From positions 24,624 to 88,623 of the forward strand of contig JBAYVA010000001.1 of the NCBI GenBank assembly GCA_041674805.1: 64,000 nt of DNA, given 5' to 3'. Below are positions 58,264 through 64,000 of the stretch, in pieces (position 1 is the stretch's first letter; every line of letters starts with the position of its first letter). Made by a program: the position numbers and the translations under genes. This DNA is from Candidatus Magasanikiibacteriota bacterium (GTDB lineage: Bacteria > Patescibacteriota > Patescibacteriia > Magasanikbacterales > UBA922). The notes beneath the pieces were generated by a model. The model saw only the letters and a program-made list of their open reading frames with translations, was not told where the DNA came from and did not search any database.

Positions 58264-58787
58264 ATGGTTTTACCTAATTATAAATTTGAAAAAGAAAATG
58301 GAGAGATTAATGGAATTCCTTTGGGTGTAAAAATTAGAGGTTCTGAACCTAAAAATGATAATGATAATTTTCATTATGTTAAAAAACTATTTTTGATAAT
58401 GAAAAAGATTCAAAAGAATTTTATGCAAAATTAAGTTTAAAGGAATTGACTGAAAGATTATTAACATATCTGGGACATTTACCAAATTTGATAATACATA
58501 CTAGATATGATAGTTATGGTAATAAATTAGAAGATGTTGAATTACTTGAAAAACAAAAAATGTATAGAGAAGAAATTGAAAAAATAAAAAATAATTTTGA
58601 TAAAATAGATTTTTTGAAAAAAGATGGACTTGTTGCAAATAAATCAGTTTTTTTGGATTTTTTGGGTGAATTGGATAAGTTTATCGCAGAGATAGAAATT
58701 TCAAAAGAACTTTTAGAAGAAAAAGAATATGTGTTGTCTATTATGATTAAATTGAGAGAATTGATAGCAAACAAATTGCAGAATTAA
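58264..58787 (+). pseudogene. Hypothetical gene apparently split by a frameshift at an A6 run
   Basis: ORF from ATG 58264 stops at 58434; the -1 frame opens exactly at the A run (58381-58386) and runs to 58787. Confidence 0.55.
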
Positions 58788-58825
58788 AAAAATTAAAATT
58801 TAAAATTAATTTATTATATAAAGAT

Positions 58826-59104
58826 ATGAGTAGAGATTTTTTTTCAAATTCAGATTTTTTGTCAGGTAGTTCAAGAAGGGGACCTGATGATGAATTTTCT
58901 TATAATGGAGATTCTACAAATCCCATTGATGTTTTAAATGAATTAGGAATTGATTTTAATAATTTTAAGCTAGAAGATTATTTTGATGATGGTGTTGTTA
59001 TTGTACCACCAAAAATTTCAGTAGATAATAGAGAAAAATTTATCAATGCTATTTTAAAATTAAAAGAGCAGTCTGATTTAGGTAAAGAATCTTTAGATAA
59101 ATAA
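58826..59104 (+). CDS. Small acidic hypothetical protein
   Basis: 92-aa ORF with an ATG start, co-oriented with its neighbours. Confidence 0.55.
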   Translation: MSRDFFSNSDFLSGSSRRGPDDEFSYNGDSTNPIDVLNELGIDFNNFKLEDYFDDGVVIVPPKISVDNREKFINAILKLKEQSDLGKESLDK

Positions 59105-59164
59105 AATTTTATTTTAAAATTAAACCCCGATTTTATCGGGACTAAATTAAAAATTCATAAACAT

Positions 59165-60466
59165 ATGCCCCCAATCGAACCAAATAATGTAGTAAATAGC
59201 GTAACCACTACTACTAAAACTGGATATTTTAGTCGTATCGGAAGTTCTGTCAAAGGAATTTTCTTTGGATTTCTTATTTTTATTGCTTCTTTTGTTGTCC
59301 TTTATTGGAATGAAGGCAAAGTAGATAAATCAGATATTGCTTCTACTGCTACAGAAATTAGTGCGACTAGTTTGAATACTGATTCTGCTTTGGAAGGTAA
59401 GTTGATTCACGTGAATGGAGACTTGTCTACTGAAAATAATTTGTCAGATAGTACTTATCTCAAAGAGGGAAAATATTTAGCTTTGAATCGCAAAGTAGAA
59501 GTCTATTCTTGGGTAGAAGAAAGTAGTAGTAACACAAAAACCAATGTCGGTGGTTCACAAACTACAGATACTACTTATACTTACAAAAAAGATTGGGTAA
59601 ATGAAGCAACTGACTCTAGTACCTTTCAAGAACAAAAAGGTCATGAAAATGTAGACAAGTCTCTAGATAGTAATACTTGGTATGCCAGTAGCGCCAAAAT
59701 TGGTGTTTATGAAGTAGCACCAGCTAGACTTACTATGCCTGGATATTCCGAAATTACTTTGACCAAAGAAAATACTGTTTTGCCAGTAGTAATCGTGCCA
59801 ACTACAACAACAAAGACAGTTCCACAAAATGATTTGATGAAGGCTCTTAGTGCTAGTGATGATGATTTGAATGCTGAGTTTGGAACAAATACTAAAGTTG
59901 TAGAAGAAGTAGTCATTCCTGAAAAAACAAAAAATGTAGTATTAAATGGTAACTATGTTTATGTAACTGAAAAAAATGTTAGTACTCCAACAATAGGTGA
60001 TATGCGTGTTAGTTATAGTGCTGTTGCGTCGCCAGTATCTGTTACTTTGCTTGGTAGATTAAATAATAACAAAATTATCGCGATGACTGATGCAAAAACT
60101 GGTGTAGTTCTTTACCGTGCTTTTACAGGTACTTTTGAAGATGCTCTTGCAACTTTGCATACTGAATACAAAACTGCACTTTGGATTTTCCGTGTTATCG
60201 GTTTTCTGATGATGTGGATAGGTCTTGCTATGATTTTGGCACCGCTTAGTGTCTTGCTAGATGTCTTGCCAATTTTCGGTACTATTAGTCGCAGTGTTGT
60301 TGGTTTGGTTACTTTCTTAGTAGCTCTTGTATTATCTATTGTGACTATTGTTGTCTCTATGGTTTTGCATAATCCACTTGTTTTGGTGATTGTAGTTTTG
60401 GCTGTTATAATCTATGTAGTGAAAGTAATTAAAAAAGCTAAACAAAAGCCACAAACTGTAAGTTAA
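59165..60466 (+). CDS. TMEM43 (DUF1625) family membrane protein
   Basis: LYWNEG, EGKLIHVNG, LNRKVEVYSWVE, P.IGDMRVSY, four TMs. Confidence 0.85.
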   Translation: MPPIEPNNVVNSVTTTTKTGYFSRIGSSVKGIFFGFLIFIASFVVLYWNEGKVDKSDIASTATEISATSLNTDSALEGKLIHVNGDLSTENNLSDSTYLKEGKYLALNRKVEVYSWVEESSSNTKTNVGGSQTTDTTYTYKKDWVNEATDSSTFQEQKGHENVDKSLDSNTWYASSAKIGVYEVAPARLTMPGYSEITLTKENTVLPVVIVPTTTTKTVPQNDLMKALSASDDDLNAEFGTNTKVVEEVVIPEKTKNVVLNGNYVYVTEKNVSTPTIGDMRVSYSAVASPVSVTLLGRLNNNKIIAMTDAKTGVVLYRAFTGTFEDALATLHTEYKTALWIFRVIGFLMMWIGLAMILAPLSVLLDVLPIFGTISRSVVGLVTFLVALVLSIVTIVVSMVLHNPLVLVIVVLAVIIYVVKVIKKAKQKPQTVS

Positions 60467-60610
60467 AATGTTGGAATTATTTAAGATTTTATATTTGATA
60501 ATTCAATTACAACAAACATTAAGTGATGCAACATTTAGAACATTTTAACAAAATTTTAATTTAAGAAAGATATCTCGCTGTATTCTCAGCTCGATATGAA
60601 TTGAAACCCT

Positions 60611-61870
60611 ATGTACGAATATTTAGAACTAAAAAATAAAGCAAAAGTATATTTTGTACCTTTGCAAAATACAAAATCTTTGACTACTTTGGTAATGTTT
60701 CCTGTTGGTTCACGTTATGAGGCTGACAAAATGGCTGGTGTTTCTCACTATGTGGAACATTTGATGTTTAAGGGCACAAAAAAGAGACCAAGCACTCTTA
60801 TATTAACTCGTGAGATAGACAGGCTAGGAGCTCAATACAATGCCTTCACAGGCAAAGAATATACTGGTTACTACATTAAAGCTGACGCTAAATATTCAGA
60901 AGTTTCTATGGATATTTTGTCAGACATGCTTTTCAATTCCAAATTTGATCCAAATGAAATGGAAAGAGAAAAAGGTCCAATCATTGAAGAAATAAGAATG
61001 TACAAAGATAATCCACTCATGAATATTGAAAATATTTTTGAGGATTTGATGTTTGCCGGTTGTCCACTTGGTCGTGATATTGCAGGTACTGAAGAACATG
61101 TTCGTAGTTACAAACGTCCTGATGTTTTGAAATATCGTGATACTTATTATAGTCCAAATAACATGACGATTGTTGTTGCGGGAGCGATTGATGAAAAAAT
61201 AAAAGAACAAGTAAAAAAATATTTTGGAGCAGCAAAGAATAGTGGTGCAAAAAAGAGAGAATATATTCCTGCATGTTTTGGATCTACTGAAAAATCAAAA
61301 AGAATTGTGGTAGAAAAGAAAGATACTGATCAAGTACAAATGATGTTGGGTTTTCCAGGATTTAATCATGAAGATAATAAAAATTATGCTAGTTCTGTCA
61401 TGAACACTATTTTGGGTGGTTCTATGAGTTCTAGATTATTCATTCAAATTCGTGAAAGAAAAGGATTGGCTTATATGATTCGTTCCGGAGCTGGTCATTT
61501 TCGTGATACTGGTTATGTCTATGTTCGTGCTGGACTTGAATCAAAAAATATCAACAAAGCTCTTGATATAATAAAAAAAGAAATAGAAAAAATTTGTGAA
61601 AAAGGTGTTACCAAAAAAGAATTAGAAGATGCAAAAACACATATTCGTGGTTCTCAAACTTTGTCTTTGGAAGATTCTGCTTCTCAGGCAGATCATTATG
61701 CTGATGAAGCTTTGTTCTCCAAGAAAATAGAAACTCCAGAGGAAATATTAGAAAAGGTTGAAAAAGTTACAAATGAGGATATAATAAAGGTAGCAAGAGA
61801 AGTGTTCAAATGGAATCAAATGCGTATTGCTATTATTGGAAATGTTGAGAAGAAAGATGTTAAATTCTAA
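60611..61870 (+). CDS. M16 family zinc peptidase
   Basis: HYVEHLMFKGT, NAFT, LGGSMSSRLF.QIRERKGLAY. Confidence 0.95.
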   Translation: MYEYLELKNKAKVYFVPLQNTKSLTTLVMFPVGSRYEADKMAGVSHYVEHLMFKGTKKRPSTLILTREIDRLGAQYNAFTGKEYTGYYIKADAKYSEVSMDILSDMLFNSKFDPNEMEREKGPIIEEIRMYKDNPLMNIENIFEDLMFAGCPLGRDIAGTEEHVRSYKRPDVLKYRDTYYSPNNMTIVVAGAIDEKIKEQVKKYFGAAKNSGAKKREYIPACFGSTEKSKRIVVEKKDTDQVQMMLGFPGFNHEDNKNYASSVMNTILGGSMSSRLFIQIRERKGLAYMIRSGAGHFRDTGYVYVRAGLESKNINKALDIIKKEIEKICEKGVTKKELEDAKTHIRGSQTLSLEDSASQADHYADEALFSKKIETPEEILEKVEKVTNEDIIKVAREVFKWNQMRIAIIGNVEKKDVKF

Positions 61871-61871
61871 A

Positions 61872-62006
61872 GAGGAATGGGGAACGAGGAATGAGGAATG
61901 AGTTTATAAAGTTAAAAGTTCATAAAGTTATAAAGTATTTTTATTTTCAGAGGTAAATAAATTAAATTTATTTCTAAAACCTAGAACCTAAGTCACCTAA
62001 AACCTA
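61872..62006. repeat. Three juxtaposed short-tandem-repeat families
   Basis: (GAGGAAT)x4 at 61872-61902; TT(C)ATAAAG units at 61903-61936; ACCTA units at 61973-62006. Confidence 0.8.
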
Positions 62007-62013
62007 TTTTAAT

Positions 62014-62748
62014 ATGAAATACATATTCGGCAACTGGAAAATGTATCTTGATTATAAGCAATCTGTTGAATTGGCTAATTCTTTAGTTAAAGAAAATTTT
62101 AAAAATGAAAATGTTGAGATTGCAGTTTTTCCAACGGCTTTGGCTATGAAAGAAGTTACTGGTGTTTTGCAAGAAAATTTTAAGACAGGTGCTCAAGATG
62201 CAGGGCATCCTTCTAAAGGTGCTTATACAGGAATGCTTTCCGCTGAAATGTACCAAAATGTTGGTTGTACTTATGCCTTGGCAGGACACTCTGAACGTCG
62301 TTATATCTTTGGTGAAACAAATAAAGATGTTCGTGCAAAAATAGAAAGTTATTTGGATGCTGGTTTGAAACCTGTCGTTTGTATTGGTGAAACTGAACAA
62401 GATAGAAATAATGATAAAGCCAGATATCGTCTAGCTAAACAAATTTTGCGTGCTTTTGAAGGTCTAAATTTTAAAGAAGGTCAAATTATTGTTGCTTACG
62501 AACCTGTCTGGGCTATTGGGACTGGTAATGCTTGTTTGCCTGCCGACGCTATTGATAGAATTGATTTTATCAAATTAGAAATAGCTAAGTATAGCAAAAA
62601 TACAGTGCCTGTACTTTATGGGGGTAGTGTAGATGAAAATAATGTGTTATCATATTTCAGTGAAGATGTAATAGATGGTGTTCTTGTTGGTGGTGCTTCT
62701 TCTAAATTAGATAGTTTTACAAATATTATTAAAAATGTTTTGAAATAG
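62014..62748 (+). CDS. tpiA: Triosephosphate isomerase
   Basis: GNWKM, GHSERR, AYEPVWAIGTG, LYGGSV, LVGGAS. Confidence 0.98.
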   Translation: MKYIFGNWKMYLDYKQSVELANSLVKENFKNENVEIAVFPTALAMKEVTGVLQENFKTGAQDAGHPSKGAYTGMLSAEMYQNVGCTYALAGHSERRYIFGETNKDVRAKIESYLDAGLKPVVCIGETEQDRNNDKARYRLAKQILRAFEGLNFKEGQIIVAYEPVWAIGTGNACLPADAIDRIDFIKLEIAKYSKNTVPVLYGGSVDENNVLSYFSEDVIDGVLVGGASSKLDSFTNIIKNVLK

Positions 62749-62753
62749 TTTTT

Positions 62754-63656
62754 ATGTTAAATATTTTGCCATTTATTTTAATAGTATTATCTTTGATAAT
62801 AATAATTTTTGTAATTGTGCGTAAATATCCTCAGTTGTTGCTTTTGGATGTAGATACTTTGCCAGAAATTCAAACAGCAAGAAACAAAAACAAACTTATC
62901 ATGCGTAAGTCAGAACAAAGAGAAAAACAATATTATGCTAATTTCAAAAACAAGCTTACGCCTTTTATAAAATTACTAAAAAAAATTCAATTAGCTTTTC
63001 GTATTTTAGTAGGTAAAGTAGAAAAAAAATCCGGTGCGTGTAGAGGTATGATAGGGGAAATGTCAGTTACAAAAGAAGAAAGAAAAGAACAAGTAGTGAC
63101 TTCAAAAGATTTGGTAAAAGATGCTTTGAATGATTTGTCTCAAGAAGATTATCCTACAGCTGAGAAAAAATTTTTAGCTTCACTTAAATATGATCCAAAA
63201 AATAAAGAAGCTTACCGTGGTTTGGCTGCAGTGTATTATGCACAAAATCAAGTAACTGAAGCTAAAGAAACTTATAATTTTCTTTTACAATTGGATCCAA
63301 ATGATGAAGATGCCAATGTAAAATTGGGAGAAATTTATGAAGAAGAAGGAAACAAAGAAAAAGCTGTTGAGTATTATCAACAAGCTGTACTTATCAATCC
63401 AAATAATCCAGAAAGGTTTGTAAAAATTTATGATTTGCTTTTTTATTTGAAACATTATGAAACAGCTTTGGAAGCTGTTGAACAAGCTTTGGATATTGAA
63501 TCTCAAAATCCTAGATATGTAGATAATTTTATAGAAGTAAGTTTGATGTTGAAACGTAAAGATTTAGCTGAAGAAGGTTATAGACAATTGCGTATGATAA
63601 ATCCTGATAATCAAAAATTAGAAATTTTTAGACAAAGAATTGATGATTTGAAATAA
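62754..63656 (+). CDS. Membrane-anchored TPR protein
   Basis: N-terminal TM; repeated A...Y..AL..(D/N)P helices. Confidence 0.85.
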   Translation: MLNILPFILIVLSLIIIIFVIVRKYPQLLLLDVDTLPEIQTARNKNKLIMRKSEQREKQYYANFKNKLTPFIKLLKKIQLAFRILVGKVEKKSGACRGMIGEMSVTKEERKEQVVTSKDLVKDALNDLSQEDYPTAEKKFLASLKYDPKNKEAYRGLAAVYYAQNQVTEAKETYNFLLQLDPNDEDANVKLGEIYEEEGNKEKAVEYYQQAVLINPNNPERFVKIYDLLFYLKHYETALEAVEQALDIESQNPRYVDNFIEVSLMLKRKDLAEEGYRQLRMINPDNQKLEIFRQRIDDLK

Positions 63657-63680
63657 TGTACAACTGTTAATAATTAGATG

Positions 63681-63709
63681 TTGACAATTTTGTCATTATA
63701 ATTTATCAT
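63681..63709 (+). promoter_or_regulatory. Promoter of the tRNA-Thr/Tyr operon
   Basis: TTGACA-17-TATCAT. Confidence 0.65.
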
Positions 63710-63733
63710 ATGAGGGTTATCAAATAGGTATAT

Positions 63734-63814
63734 GCGATCTTTCTCGATTTGATCGGGAGGTAGAGCATACGTGCCATCTTTCCCGACCTAGTCGGGAGGT
63801 AGAGCATCATACGT
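63734..63814 (+). repeat. Two tandem copies of the tRNA-Thr 5' end, each carrying a TCCCGA..TCGGGA palindrome
   Basis: GCGATCTT-TCTCGATTTGATCGGGA-GGTAGAGC and GCCATCTT-TCCCGACCTAGTCGGGA-GGTAGAGC versus the tRNA's GCCATCTT-AGCTCAGCT-GGTAGAGC. Confidence 0.9.
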
Positions 63815-63890
63815 GCCATCTTAGCTCAGCTGGTAGAGCTACGGTTTTGTAAACCGTCGGTCCGGGGTTCGAATCCCCGAGATGGCTCCA
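63815..63890 (+). tRNA. tRNA-Thr(UGU)
   Basis: GCCATCT/AGATGGC stem; ACGGT-TT-TGT-AA-ACCGT; TTCGAAT; encoded CCA. Confidence 0.97.
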
Positions 63891-63934
63891 AGTCAACATA
63901 AATAGTTGACTTTATTTTTAGAAAAATATATAAA

Positions 63935-64000
63935 GGGCAGATTCCCGAGCGGTCAAAGGGGACAGACTGTAAATCTGTTGGCTCCGCCTTCGAAGGTTCG
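63935..64000 (+). tRNA. tRNA-Tyr(GUA), truncated by the window end
   Basis: GGGCAGATTCCCGAGCGGTCAAAGGGG-ACAGA-CT-GTA-AA-TCTGT, variable arm, GGTTCG. Confidence 0.93.

Noticed and set aside
63728-63831. CRISPR or TIGR-like array
   Set aside because: Only three units, the constant part is tRNA sequence, the variable part is a palindrome, and no cas or Nop-domain gene is in the window.
1-64000. Alternative genetic code (UGA as Gly)
   Set aside because: Conserved genes translate full-length in the standard code, and TGA ends the four-helix-bundle gene at the expected length.

Overview
AT-rich bacterial chromosomal window. The gene set and style (VirB2-like pilin fusions, DUF4012, wHTH-nucleotidyltransferase, short TsaB, almost no Shine-Dalgarno sites) suggest Patescibacteria/CPR; this is inference, not a database result. 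Housekeeping genes: lepB, hisS, rpsU, ybeY, dgkA, ftsA, ftsZ, tsaD, tsaB, rplJ, rplL, mreB, holB, frr, dtd, glyQS, tpiA and five tRNAs (Ile, Val, Glu, Thr, partial Tyr). A 16-kb cluster encodes two pilin-anchored Cys-rich surface proteins (713 and 3698 aa) and three membrane-anchored Ca-binding repeat proteins. Most notable signals: (1) tandem partial copies of tRNA-Val and tRNA-Thr 5' ends, each interrupted by a 16-20-nt GC-rich palindrome, lie upstream of the intact genes; (2) families of degenerate 7-9-nt tandem repeats flank a four-helix-bundle gene as inverted arms and recur as empty sites and in-frame inside tsaD; (3) rpsU has a strong, hairpin-occluded Shine-Dalgarno that the other starts inspected lack, suggesting bS21 autoregulation; (4) a miniature glycine T-box riboswitch precedes glyQS. 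I found no CRISPR array, transposase, integrase or reverse transcriptase. All family assignments come from reading motifs by eye.
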